Made by a program: the position numbers and the translations under genes | The notes under the pieces: model-generated | The model's database searches: none | Told to the model about the DNA's origin: nothing | What the model saw: only the letters and a program-made list of their open reading frames with translations | In this document: piece after piece, positions 11,555-26,500 of the stretch | How positions within the stretch are numbered: the first letter of the stretch is position 1 | How the letters are laid out: every line of letters begins with the position of its first letter | NCBI RefSeq assembly: GCF_964355755.1 | Contig: NC_092671.1 | Span: forward strand, 1,612,001 to 1,676,000 | Length of the DNA stretch: 64,000 nt | DNA from: Antedon mediterranea | Lineage: Eukaryota; Animalia; Echinodermata | Reading direction: 5' to 3'

Positions 11555-14500
11555 GTAAGTTACTTCTCTTGTTAACCGGTTTGTTTAATTTCTTTTGTGA
11601 GTAAGTAATGTTATGGTGTTCAGAATGTTCAGCCAACCGTACGCACGTCGTCGGGGGAAGCCCACTTGGTCTTTGCCGGAGTTCAGCAACTTTAGTAGCC
11701 TGGATAGAAGAGACACGAAGATGATTTCAGATTGTATATAATATGTGATTTTCGTAACAAATTGTGGAAATTGTTTCATGATAGTTTAAATGAATTTAAG
11801 AATAATTAGGCCTACAACCATATTCTCTATAAAAAAAATCATAACATTAATATGTTCAATTGGCTGCCAGCCAATGGATTTTTGGTTGAATTGAACCATT
11901 TATTTTGTCATTTTATAAATGAAAAAAATTTTATTTTTCGTTTTTTTTGTATGGAAGTGAATAACTTCATTCAAACTACAAAATAACATATTCAAGTCTG
12001 ATTTAATTAATCTTAATTGTTCATGTTTTTTGGGGAAAATACATCTTTAATCTTAATCATATGCTTAATCTTGGTATGAGCATATGCTTAATCTTAGTAT
12101 GATTAGCATACAGTATGCTTAATCTTAGTATGATTAGCATACAGTATGCTTAATCTTTTCCTTAATGAAATGAAAGAGGATGGAAAAGTAGTGGTTTCAG
12201 CTTCCTTCCTGAATCAATCCATTGAAACCATTGCACCACATGAGCATCCTCACTTACAAATTAAAGAAACCTTCCCTACAATTTGTGACGTTTTAAAAAA
12301 ATAATACATATTACTTTAAAAACATTAAACCAGGTCATTCCTTGTCTTAAATGTCTATTTTATGGTCAATTATGATAAAAAGTGAGAAACGCAGCGAATG
12401 ACCTCTCGTGGACGGTCTTTAGGCCTTGCCTAGCTAGGCTTAGTTTTGTAGGTAGTTTTGTAGTTGGTAAACATCGGTAACGTACGAACATCGTACGCTA
12501 GCTATATATCTAGCCTGACGTTGTATAGTTAGTGAGTGAGTGGCCGAGCGGTTAAGACAGTGGAACCGTAATTACGTAGCCATAACATCGGCAAGGGTTC
12601 GAGGCTCACTCGCTCCATGGTTCTGGTGGTAGAACGAGTCTTCTCGGATAAGGACTATAAACCGTAGGTCCAGTGTACACATCTAGCACGTGTGCACTTT
12701 AAAGAACCTAGTACATCTTTCGAGACGAGTAGGGGGTTACCCCGGTGTATTAGTACATCACAGCCACTGATCACCAACTGGGCCCTCTGGGAGACCAGTC
12801 TTTGACTGAAGAGGTTACCCAGTATAAATATAAATTTCAATTCAATTCAATTTCAATACTGCATTAATTGTCTTTCTATTTTTGCCAGACTCCGTTGATA
12901 CAAATTGGGGAAAACCCAGTATTTTAGCTGAAAAGTTAGGAGTCTTCCATTTGTTTTGGCCTCGCGATCGATCGAAAAGTGATTAAATTACAGAAGAAAA
13001 TCCGTGCGCAATGCATTTCGGGATTTATATCGGGCCGCTATAATTATTAGAATCGACTTATTTTTAACATTTTTAACCATTTAAAGACGGAAAAAGTTAT
13101 CGCAATAGGACCATATAGTATTATTTTTACATTAAATATAGTTTGTGATCTTAAATTAGCGTCAGGGAAGGTGTCTTTATAGTATGTATTATAAGTACAA
13201 ACACCTAATTGGTATAAGGAAATAAGGAAATACATTACCAGGTTCTTAATGATGAAATGTTTTCTGGAAATAGACCCTAATACTCCCTGCTACCCAATTA
13301 TTTGCCTATTTGGAATTCCCATAAAATGTATAGAAGATAGTTCATAAATTTTCTATTTTAACTGTAAAGGGTTTTTTTCCCATCTAATAAGGTGTGTTTT
13401 GGAAATTCTTCCTCAATTTGTTTTGAATTTGTTTATTCTGTAAATGAAAGCTTAATGAAAGATTGTGGATTGAAACAAATATACCTATACTACATGAATG
13501 CATGTATTTATAAAGCACACCTAGGAGACTGGGATTTTCCAACCTTAAATCTACATTCTTGTAAAAGAATAAAGAATTTTGTATACAGTATCAAGCAATG
13601 TTATAAAAAAGATGTGCTGACCTTCTGACAGAAGCTGACAATGACTAATTAGTAAAAAAAAAGTAATATGAAGAATATTCTTAATGGAACCCTTAACATT
13701 ATTGATTGATAAGGGTGACAAATTGGAAATGCCATTTAATGTAGCAAACTTGATATGCTTCAAGTGTTAGAGTGTAATTGGTTGTGAAATTTATCATTGT
13801 AATTATTAATCGTTAAAATGATACATTTTTACACAGAGGATTAGTATAAATTTGACACACAAAGTTAAAATTTAAATTACTAAGGACCAAATAAAGTGTC
13901 CCTGATTTCCCCTGAATAGGTGTTGGCCGTAATAGTGTTAAAACATACATGTATTACCCCTTGTTAATTTTATAGAAAAGTTTCTTCTTAATAGGGTTGA
14001 ATAGGAGGGGTAATAACTGAACAATGTTATTAATTCTGTACTGTAAACTTTTCCTGTAAAGGTTTCTTTTGATGACAGGCACAATTTGGAGTTTTATGAA
14101 CTTATTTTATCAGAATCGGAATTGGTTAAATTATTTTTTCAGTTACAAATGAACATAAGGATAAATTGGAGAAATCTGAAGAGACAACTAGCAGATTCAA
14201 ACAATTTAAACGCAGAATTTCAATTAAAGGAATCAAACGATGTAAGTATGGTTTCAAACTTAAGGCATTTAAATTACAAAGTCCTCTGTTCAAATCCTAT
14301 TTGATTCTTTTATCTCAAACAATCAAAAATAATTTTATTTGATAAGATTCCATTATTATGCTATATCTACACTCTCAAACTATTTTGACCAAAAAAAAGT
14401 GTGATGTGCCTAAATATGGTAGTGATATGACATCATCATGTCCATATATGGGAACATCACATTTTTTGTCGTATAAAGTTTGTAGACAGAACTTTATGTT

Positions 14501-17500
14501 TTATTGAACTGTTTGATATTCTATTCTGTTTGTTTTTTTGTGTTTTTTTTAACCCCATTCCATGCTATCTGTTGTATTTCTATTTATCTTTTTTTTATGC
14601 AATACTACCAATATTTTACCCATCTAGTGACCATGAATTTTTAGCATTTTTTCGGTTTATGCCATTTTTTTTCAATTGTTTGTTCAAGTAATATGACCAA
14701 ATAAATAAAAGTGTGCAAAGAGAAAGATTTTAGGCTTCTAGACATGAGATACCATTAATTAAAAAACTAAGATTATATTAAAAAAATAAATGAATGCGCA
14801 TCGCATATTATAATAAATCAGTATAGAATATGCAATGGTCAATTAATCATGGCATTATACAATAGACATATTAATTATTATTATTTCTAAGAAGTTTTAA
14901 TCTATATTGTTTATCTTTAAATGTTTTTGGATCAGTTGTTGTCAGCAACTGTCTCATTTACATGTCAACTCCTGAAACCTAACTTACTGTATATAAAATA
15001 GAGGGTGCTCACATAGTCTAAGACTGCATTTACAGTGTAGACAGAGCTTTACAGAGAAGCATAGCCAAACCTAATGGCAATGAAATCAACTGTTTCCCAG
15101 ATCTGTAAGTGTCTTTGTTGTCATATTACATTTTCATTCTCTCTGCCCACGTTTCTCGTTTTCTTTGTTGTTGTATGATTCAGAAATTTGAAATTATGAA
15201 TAAATTATTCTCTGGACAATTTTCTTTGTTGGTATTCTTCATAGGGATTTGCACGACTGATGATAGACGTTGCCAAAAAAATAAATTGTTGATTATATTT
15301 GTGGGTTTAACCAGGTAAATTCATTAAGATATTCCATTAAATGGCTCAGACAAGATAAAAAAAAACCAAATTGAATACCAAAGGGTATAAAGTAACTTTA
15401 GATAGTAAGCATATTTAGATTAAACTAGGTGTGGCCTTAAACTAGGTGTGGCCCTAAACTAGGTGTGGCCTTAAACTAGGTGTGGCCCTAAACTAGGTGT
15501 GGCCCTAAACTAGGTGTGGCCTTAAACTAGGTGTGGCCTTAAACTAGGTGTGGCCTTAAACTAGGTGTGGCCTTAAACTAGGTGTGGGCTTAAACTAGGT
15601 GTGGCCTTAAACTTGCGAACTTTTAGGGTAGGCAACCTCGCCCACCTCCACCCCAACTCTTTACATCCATGTTAACTGAAATGATTTTCATAGCAGTGAT
15701 TGAAATGGTCTTTGATGGATACTTACCGTAAAGTCCTGCAGATAAAACAGCTGTAATTCAGATGCATTGTTAGGATTACCATTAGTATAAATTGAATCAA
15801 ATATGGATTATGAAATGATAACATTGAATACAAGAATAAGTTACAAAAATAATTAATGTGGTCAGTCAATTACAATATTGCATGTAAATACTGTATTTTG
15901 ACTATTTTAGCATTTTTATATATAAAAATTTTACTTTGTTTTCAACCATGTTTTATATTTAAAAAGAGGCTTAAAACGTCTAACTTTTGTTCAGTTACAC
16001 AGTTTTATAATTTATATCTGAATTGCACTGATTTCTTGGAACTTGATTTCTAATCGCCCATTTTGACATTTTTATTATTCGTTTGATTTCATTGTTTATA
16101 GTTAGGATTTTCTCATAAAAACAATATTTATTGTTATGTGTGCAAAAATATAAATTTTTTAAATAGGGAATACTTTCTTGTAATGTCTGCATCAGTTGCA
16201 CTCAATGTGTGTACTCCCAAACTGGACACAAGTACCATACAAACTTGAATGTTAATATCCCTTTCTGCAGTGGCGTATATACAGAGGCCGAAATGGTTTA
16301 TTGCTCCTAAGTGGCCATTTATGTTTAAAGACATTTTAGTCTTTTTTGTACATAATTAATTAATGCATGCTTATTACTTCTGGGTCATGCCTGCTCAAGG
16401 GGCCCCTTAAGATCTTGGTGCTCCTGGTAGCCAGAGAGCGCTCATACAGTAGCTGTTACATCACTGCACACAATGCAGTGTGCTAGGTAATTGCATTGGG
16501 CTGCTCATGCTCCAGGCCCCTTAAGCCCCTTGGTTTAGCCAATGAGCAATCATAGCTGATACTGCTACCTTTCTGTAACAATTTAATAATGCAACTGAAA
16601 GTTGAACAACCGACTTATTTTACTATCTATTCCATTATTACGTGAAGTAGTGTATATGCGTGAACACTGGCTGTAAAGAACGTGATTGTAAGAACCTTGA
16701 ACCGTTTAACACGCTTCAACGTTAACTTGTCAATTGACTTTTAAAATAATACCTACTTAAATATTATTATGACACAAACATGTGAAATGAAAACCAAATA
16801 GATTCTGAAAATTAATAAATTAAATATGTTACAGAGTTAAAGTATTAATTGAACTTTAAAAGTTCAAAGGTTGAGTGTCACTTTTCGTTTGACATTTCGG
16901 GGCCCATTTTTGCACTTAACATAGGTAAATAATTTAAACAAGACCAACCACTTAATTAAAGAACAACCTTATTCACGGAACAGTTTTATCTTGTAAATTT
17001 ATAGATATGTTTTAATATAATAATTGTTGGCACTTTTTAAAATATTTGTCTAATTTTTACACAATATTACCCAATTGTTTTACTGTTAGTACTGTATGTA
17101 GTGATATTCCACTTGTTCAGTTATTACTGCAGTAGTGAATTAGTTATTTTATTCTGCCAAATCATGTTGTACCATCAATTATATTACCAACAGTGGAATT
17201 ATGGGATTGATGAACTTTTTATGGGCAGACAACGAGAGCGATTCAAGCAATCTGTTACACCATCTACAGCACCACTTGAGCTTCTCAAAGTTAATGACGG
17301 CCTGGTGTGATAGTTGACAGCACTTATGCTTGTTTCTATAGTTACCGTCGATACACCTACATCATGTTGTGTCTTCGTCAGCTGATAAATATTCAGATAA
17401 CGTTTGTGATTTGTTAAAATAGTTTTACTTCTAAAGTAATTATTATAATACTTTTAAAAGTTATCAAGTAATTTCACTGTTTTTATATTTTGTTAATCTT

Positions 17501-20500
17501 TCAATTGAAAATTTGTTTCAGTAATTACTTTGGGAGTTTTTTTTAGGGATGTAAAAAAATTTTTGTTCAAAGTATATACAACTTAGATAACATACAGTAC
17601 CTAGATTTAAAGTCTTCTATATCCAGACCCAATTGGTCCAGTCCTGGTGTTTTGTATTGTTTTACAGTAACTTGTGATCCTATATCATATCATATATCAT
17701 ATCATTTATTTCGCCAATATACAGAACAGTACAAAAAAACAATACAAAAGTAAGTCAATGAGGCCGGATAACCTAAAAGTTACAAATAAAAATAACCGTC
17801 GAGAGGCTCTCCACTGTATGTATGTATACTGGCTTGATACTGTATGATGTCACCGATACATACAATAGTATACAATACTGTATTATGTGATCATATACTG
17901 GCTTGATACTGTATGATGTCACCGATACATACAATAGTATACAATACTGTATTATGTGATCATATACTGGCTTGATACTGTATGATGTCACCGATACATA
18001 CAATAGTATACAATACTGTATTATGTGATCATATACTGGCTTGATACTGTATGATGTCACCGATACATACAATAGTATACAATACTGTATTATGTGATCA
18101 TATACTGGCTTGATACTGTATGATGTCACCGATACATACAATAGTATACAATACTGTATTATGTGATCATATACTGGCTTGATACTGTATGATGTCACCG
18201 ATACATACAATAGTATACAATACTGTATTATGTGATCATATACTGGCTTGATACTGTATGATGTCACCGATACATACAATAGTATACAATACTGAATTTG
18301 CGTCAACTTTCAGTTGAACCTAGTGGCCATTACGGCAGGGGTACCACAACTTGTAGCCAAAAAATCGGCATAGGTTCAAGGCTTTTCTCGGCCCTAGTAA
18401 TAGTGGTAGAATAAGTCTTCTCCGATAAAGAGACTTAAGTTTCTTTCTTAAGTTCATCCAAAGAGTAGCTATCTTTGTACAGTAGTGTAAGCTGCACAAT
18501 GGGTTACTCTTCTATACCTACAGTACATACTGTAAAGTACATTTCTATTTTATCAATTTTGTAACAAATACTCAATTAATATGCAATATTTTATGCTAAT
18601 GACATTGTCCTATGCAAACAGGATCCTTGATATATAATGTACATACTATTAAATAATACTTGTTTAATCTATCCATTTTTATTTTTTGGATAATTTGTAA
18701 TGGTAATTTTAGTGCTAATCCTAAATTTGTTGTCAAAATCCCATGATAATATTTGAACCTGTCCTACTTATTAAAAATAGTGAATTGCTATGATAAAGTA
18801 AACTTTTCTCCTGTACACCATGTTTTAGGAAAAAACTGGTTTATGAGTTTAATTGAAATGGGGATACTGTATGGGGTCAGGGGGGGGGGGGGTGGGGGTT
18901 GAGAAAGGAGAATGTTTAATGTGCAAAGTATAACATTTGTATATTTAAATAGATTTTCTTGAGTTTTTGTTTGTGTATTGTGCGAATACAATATATGGGT
19001 TGGTGGAAGCGTTAATTCATGCATTGGTAGCCCCAAAACCATCAAATTTATTATTTGTTATCAATTTTATTTAGAATCTTTCAATTTATAGGCAAAAAAT
19101 AACTGAGCTTTTATTGTTCCAGTCTGCATTGATTATTTTAAATTATGTAATGACACTAAGTGGATTGTAAATTACAATAAATTAATTATTTAATTTATCC
19201 ATTAAAAGAATTAGTTGACATTTTATGGATTGCGTAGAGTTTAATAATTGAAGCAGATTTGTATTTTAATCTGTTCAGTTGTACAAATACGATAAGAAAT
19301 CTAATTCAAGTTTGTTAATTGGAATTTTAATTTACTGATACTTTTAAATGTTATACAAAGCGTGTTGACAGATTTTCTAGTTATAAATAAACATAATTAT
19401 TTATATATTTAGTTTATATATTAGTTTAATAATAACATTAATAATTAATTTTGTTTGTTTTTTCTTTGCTTTTTCACGATTGATCAACAAATGAAAAGAA
19501 ATCTATATTATTTTCAATTTCCAGTTTTTTTCCCAAGCAGGCACTACCAGGTGCTGATTTTTAGTTAAATGTATTGTTATTATTAATTATTTTTAACTAC
19601 TAATAACTACTTTTTTCTTTGAATCTATAAACCAATATTGAGATTATGAAATTAACTCAACATGTATCTTCTTATTGCGTCGCCATGGCACTGAATTGTA
19701 ATTACTGTTGTACTATCGGTTATTCAAACCAATTTAATTGTAATAACACAAATTGGCTCTTCTACTTCAAGATACTTGTATGACATTAATTACTAAGCCA
19801 GATTGTATACGCAAATTTTTCTCATTTTCATCTTTATTCTTACAGCGCTAAGTCGAGAATCGTCAAGTCCAACTTCACCTCCGCCGTCTCTCGAAGAAAA
19901 TGGGAATGTTGACGTAAGTAGAGTTGGTTTCTTTAAATGGTGTAAGTCTTAAATCATTTTGGAACGTAAACATGGGATTATTTAACGTAGATTGTACTTT
20001 ACATTTTCAGGTAATGTTTAATGTGGGTAGATACATGATATATGAATATTCTTAAACCCTAGGTAGTGCTTAATACGACATAACAGTTTTCTATCAGTTC
20101 AAATGAGAAGATGTATCACATTAATGTACATGTATAATGTTTAAGTAATTAAATATGTATTTAATATCAGAAATTGTAGATAGACTAGGATTATGTCCTG
20201 TTAATTTGGTTATGTTGGTTCAAGTTCACGGAAGGTTAGATACCGATGATTGGCTTTTTCTTTGGCTTTTATTAATTATTTAAAACTTATTTAAATATGT
20301 TCATTGGTCACGTTACAGTATACTTTATGTTTAAGTAATTAAATCTATTGACAGTATTTAATATCAGAAATTGTACTGTAGATTGTACAGGATGAATCCT
20401 GTTCATCTTGTTGTGTTGGTTCCGGGTTCATGTCAAGTAGAAAATAACAGTTGATGGTTTTTACTTTATTTGTTTGTTTCTTGTTAGTTCATATTTAGAA

Positions 20501-23500
20501 TGAACAAACTATTTAGTAACAAAGTTATTTACCTGAAAAAATGTTACACAAAATTGCACTAAGACTTTATTATAATAAGAATGATAAATAAGGCAGAAAA
20601 TTGGAAACAATTTACTGGTTTGTATTTAAAAAAAAGACATCTTGGTTCAACCATGGACAAATAATTCTCCATGGTTCAACAGAACTCAAAAAATAAATTC
20701 ACCAATCCAAAAAAAAATCCCAACAAAACAATGTTTTAAAAGGAAAAACAAAATCATTGCATGAAGCTAAAGATTCTTTTTTCTGTAAATTTGTCGGATA
20801 CAAATTGTGTAATTGTTATGGCAATCAAGGTGATTTGGATAAATCTCCTATGTTGAAAGGCAGGCTGTGTTTTGCATTGTTTTACACTGTTTTTCACAAC
20901 ACTGTGGATTTCTATACACCTGTATTGATGGCTTTGTATGGGATTATCTCGTCATCAACCACAAATCAATCAATTTAACCTTGATTGATCACTGATAGTA
21001 AACTTTAATATGCATTCTCATTTCCAGCGTTAAAAAATTATTTTTTCAATCAACACACCTTTTCCTTATTTAACTGAATTCCTGGATAAACAAAAACAAA
21101 CCATATTTTTTTTACCCGCAGTCACAGCAATCTTTGCTTTATGATTTTTTCCATTACATTAGTTTTTCAACTGAAATATAACATTGTGGTTCCCATAAAC
21201 TTCCCAGCCTATTCCATACAGTAGTATGTTCTACATAAATTAATTTAAGGTTACAGTTGAACATGAAAATGTTTTTATGGTACAGTAACCCAGAGCGGAT
21301 GACATACCAAGTTGCTAAATGATTATTAGCAAATATTAGAAAGAATCATTAAATTATAAATAAGTAATATTCAACAACCTTGATGGTTGATGATAAATGC
21401 TTTGTGATGTTGTTGTTATTGCCAATCATTGTTGGTCAAGTGTTTTCTATAGATCACATGAAATCAATGTAGAAAAAGTACCACAAAACAGCATTCTATT
21501 AGTTTCACTTGTTCTTTAGTTTATCATAATCACACAGACCTTGAATCAAGTTAGTGCACATGATGTATGCTTTAATATATTCTGAAAGACATACCCAACA
21601 ATAATTAATACTGTACATGTTGCAATATCAGTTGAATAATACATTACACTACTTACAACATAGTTCCCTTATTTGTGTCATGAGTATGCCCCATTATTAA
21701 ATAGAAATGTCACCTGAATAGAGATATTACAAAGGAAGAGTTCTACGCTATTTTAATTTTTTGAATTTTTATCTTTTAATTTTAGTTTAATTTAGTTTAG
21801 TACTTCAATTAATGTAAAAAATAATTTGCTAAGTGTTATGTTGAGAAATCACATTAATGTATTAGATCATAGCAACGGTCCGTGACTAATGAAATAATAT
21901 TGTTATGAATATTTGATTATCACATGATGATGAGAGAGTCTACAAAATGACGACATATTACTAAAATATAATCAAAACCGAAAAGCCAGTCTGTTAATAA
22001 CTGTCATAAATTAAAACACATTCTGTGTTTTAGTTCACTAGCTAAATTGTCAAATTGTTTACTTACAAATAGCTACCTCTCTAGAAATACACATCAAATT
22101 AAAAAACCCTCATAAAAATGTGCTCTAATTTAGAACCACTATATGAATGAACAGTGCAGATTTTACCTGGTCCATAATTTAAGTTTTGACACCAAACCAA
22201 AAGATGGTCTTGGAAAGAGGTGGGATTTTGATATTTCTTGCCTAGTTACCAATCTTGAACTTTAAACCTCCTATAACCATGTTCCCACTTCCCCAGGATT
22301 TACACCAGTGCCTAGCTTACCTGGATAAGCTGTCAACAGCTTATTTTCATCAAAGATTGAGATAAAAATAAATAATCAGAAAATTTTAAAATATTTTGAT
22401 TTGATCTTCTAATCAAATCAAATTCAATGTCAATGATCTGTATGATTGCTGTTACTAATAACATTTTAAGTTCAATTCAAAATTTAGTAACTTCCGATCA
22501 ATTCTCTGATGTGAGAATTTCTTTGTAGAAAGTCGATGATCTAATAATCAATTTTGATAAACATATCTTTACCATCTGTACATGATTGTTGATAAATTTT
22601 TTCAAATGATGTAATATCAGACAAAGACATGAAAAGACTTGTTTTTATATCATAATGATGATACAAATTGTTACTGGTTATATCTTGGGACAATGTCAAT
22701 ATAATATTTATAAGGTCAAATCCTTTGTTTTAAAAGCAGGCAGTAAAAATGCAGATTCATGTTTAAAAAGTGGTATAAAATAGCAGAAATACATGTACTT
22801 GTGTGGAGAAGTCAAGATTCATAATGGAAATTGCTATATGGGTTTACAACATATGTTTTAGGGTTTAGTTCAACCAATGAACATGAACCATAACTTGTTG
22901 GATTCAATGACATTACTGTCTTTTTCAGAATGTGTGCAATATGATACATTATCCTAGAAACATAATGCTTAGTATTAGTATCTCGCGGATTTTATTAAGT
23001 ACGTACTCTGTTCTACAAAATGACAAAAAAAAACATATTTGTGCTGCGAGTATTCAACCTACAAAAGAGGCAACAATGTCATGAACAAGGATTATGTATT
23101 ATTACTTGTCTCTAGTTTGAAAAGGGCACTACAGGAAAAAGGGGGTTTGTTCAAACCCTTGAGCCCCCTGGCTATGAGCTTGCTAATAGGCCTATTCATG
23201 TACATGTAATTGTAATGTTGTTTCATGCCAACATAGTTATTATATTATAATGACTGTACTATTAACTCCTTCTCTGAAATTCTATGTGCCTCATTAAAGA
23301 GGAAGATTATCATGATTAATGTGCCCTAGAAACATTGATACTCATTCACTGGTTCACATTTTAAAACAACATTAATACTCTATGAATATGAAACATTATA
23401 AAAACACAATATTACTCATCTACCACCAGTGGATCCATTTTAAAACAACATTCATCATCTTTGAATATGCAACATAATAGACATATTTATAATATTACTC

Positions 23501-26500
23501 ATTTACCACTAGTGGAACCATTTTAAAATAACATTAATCATCTTTGAATATGCAACATTATAGACACATTTACTCATGTACCGCCAGTGGATCCATTTTA
23601 AAATAACAGTAATCCTTTGATTATACAACATTATAGACACATTATTACTCATGTACCATCAGTGGATCTATTTTAATGCATACTGTACATCCTTGTAATA
23701 CATAGTTAATAGAGAGCAATTAATATTTTAATTGAATTACTAAGAAGCATCTACTTTAGGAAGTAACCAGTAAAGTGATATTCAGTCAAGCAAATTTCAC
23801 ATCAGATGGATAATTTGGTCAAGGAAATCAAATAATCAGATTTTTAAGTACTTAAAAGCCTTAAGTAAGTCATCTTATTTACTTCGCAAACTCATGCAAT
23901 ATTCCATTTTTTATATTTGGTTGGACAGTAGTACAGTAATAGAACATGATAGAATGTACTGTATCTTTGTATCTAAATTTTGTTAACTTTACAACAGCAA
24001 GATGATTCAGAAATTACATTTTGGACTAAACCAAAGTACCAAAACAATTATGATAAACTTTCTCTTGGATCTACTTATCTATATTCCATTCCTTCACTGA
24101 GAAAAATCTTAGAATAAAACAAGAATAGACTTGAACCCAGTTTTAGAATGTGCCACTAAAATATATAATTTAGTTGCAGTCGTTTTGAACTAAAGCTTGG
24201 TTCCTACTTGGACGCAATGCAATGACGTAACAAAAATACTTTGATCACACAGGTAATGGATCATCCGAACGGTTGCTTGTGATTGGTCACTTGCGTTACT
24301 CCTGTGTCATTATATCTAAGTGGGAAATTGATAGTTACACAAGCTTTTGCACAAACTTATAATTTGTATCAGTGTGCACTGACTCTTAGAACCTGTTGCT
24401 GAAAACATATTGCTATACCAACAGTAAGATCCTTAATCCTTTAAACTCAAGTTTTCTTTTTGTTGTCCTTGGATCAAACACTTCAATATATCCCTTCCTG
24501 TCATCTATGCTATATTATACCATGGAGTAACAAAATTAGTCCGTGCTTATACCCAATACTATACAACAAACAGGGATTTTTCCCTCGTATTACCTACAGT
24601 ATACAGATTGTTTCACTCTACTTGTTTATGTAATGCAATGTTAAACTGTGATCATTATGTTAAACACATTAAACCATAAGCAAGTATATGAAAATGTATG
24701 ATAATGCAGCATTGATGATGGACTGTCTACTTTAGCTCCACCTCATTGAATAGAACAGTGAAAATATTCTCTCCATTCCACTGTATAAACATTATTTATA
24801 CAGTAAACTTTCCTAATACCAGACACCCTTAGGCTTGTCAAATATGTCCAGTTTTTAGTGGTAAAACTGTATTTTGGACCTTTTGGACCTCAAGAAAAGT
24901 TTGGGAGAGTTTCCGGTTTACAGTGTGTCCTGTTAGGAGATTTCCTAAAGATCATAAAGCATGGATGATTAGACATGTTTTTAACAATTTCTAATAATTA
25001 TATTTTATTATTCAGAGCAAGTGTATTTTCAATAATCCATTAAATGCATGTTGCACTTGTGTAAATTTACGTTCCAAACATATGGATAATGCAAGCCTCA
25101 CAAATCCATTCATGTGGCATTATTGCTATTACTCCAATCTGTGATTTGTGTCGCTAAAACACAAAACACTTTGATTCGCACATTCAATATCTCTGAGTTA
25201 ATTCAACCTGTTGTTGCAGCTAAATTTGTGCTGTGATTACATTATGATACTTGGTCTATGTGCATTAAACTGAATCGACATTTGTAACGACTGTTATTGA
25301 TATCAACGGATGATTAATATTATTATCAGTTATAAAATATTTACTTTATCAAAACAGGAATATCTATTTAAACACAAGGATGTGCAGTATGATTCATTGT
25401 TCAGTCTGTTATGTAAATTTTGCTTAATTACAATAGTCTAATTAAATGAATTCAGCATTATTAAGCAATGTATAATGAATTACTTTTGTAAAGATGACAA
25501 ATGAGTATTTCCAAGTAAATATTAACCTTTATTTATACATTACAGTACAATGTCCAGGGGTTTTTTCCAACATACGAGTTATGTATGGAAGACATGCATA
25601 TAGATTTGCATGATACATTTTAAACATTTGCGTAAAAATTTCCTTAATTACCATTTCGGTGATTAAAGTTCACTATATAAAATGCTTTTCATTATTTGGT
25701 TGATTCTCAAGTAGCGTGATATCTTGAAGGAATAACTGATGATGTTAAAAGCACTTAGGAATGTAGAAAGTTCACTAATAAATACGTTTTAGCGTGCACA
25801 CATCGGCAACTTGACTAATAACATTTAATTACGTTGCAATGTAATCGCATTCAATGTGCTTTAATCCAAGTTCTACTTAAATTCTGCGTTACTTTTTGGA
25901 ATACTCTTGCAAACTGTGCCTAATAGCCGCATGCATTTTAACTGGTCAATGCTATTAATTTGTTACACTTCTGTCGCTGTACCAATCTTGATCTTCCTAA
26001 TTTATGTGTGTACATTCCTGCATATTGATAGTGTAAAATGCTTGGAGTTGTCAAGTATTTCTTGTCAGTCTTTGACTTGATTGCGTTCATGTCTTACATG
26101 AGGATTGTGTAACAGTGGTAAGATATATTTTATTCTTTATTCAGAACTGAACCCTAGAAGTACATTAGTTATCTAAAGACGTTTTTAAAATATCTGAGAT
26201 ATAACTTGACAAAAATTTTATCTTGAAATAAAAAGATTCCAGTTTGGACTTCAATTTATGAATGTAATTCTGTTACATAATATGTCACTAGCTAACTACT
26301 GTACTTAATGCTTATGTTATGTTATTGTTATGTACATTGAGGTGTGTCTACTTTAGGGTTTCGGTTGTCTGATCAGTCCATTATTGTAGAGAGGTATTAC
26401 TGGAATTGTATTGTATTGTAGCTCTCCCTTTGAAGATCATGATCTATTGTTGGTTTATCCAGGAAATTAGCACTCAAAGACTACTGAACACCACCTTTGG

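Noticed and set aside
12534-12612. Functional tRNA gene
   Set aside because: Anticodon arm is not canonical, there is no oligo-T terminator, and it runs into a SINE body and tail
15421-15613. Short direct repeats as a CRISPR array (also 27150-27914 and 17825-18294)
   Set aside because: Head-to-tail units with no unique spacers, no cas genes, eukaryotic context
17773-18306. 177-aa periodic ORF (also 27039-27917 and 49329-49640)
   Set aside because: Stop-free frames of intronic minisatellites whose unit lengths are multiples of 3; no splice or start support
26000-26120. Coding alternative CDK14 exon ending GTG|gtaaga
   Set aside because: No ATG-initiated frame stays open to the donor; could only be non-coding and has no further support
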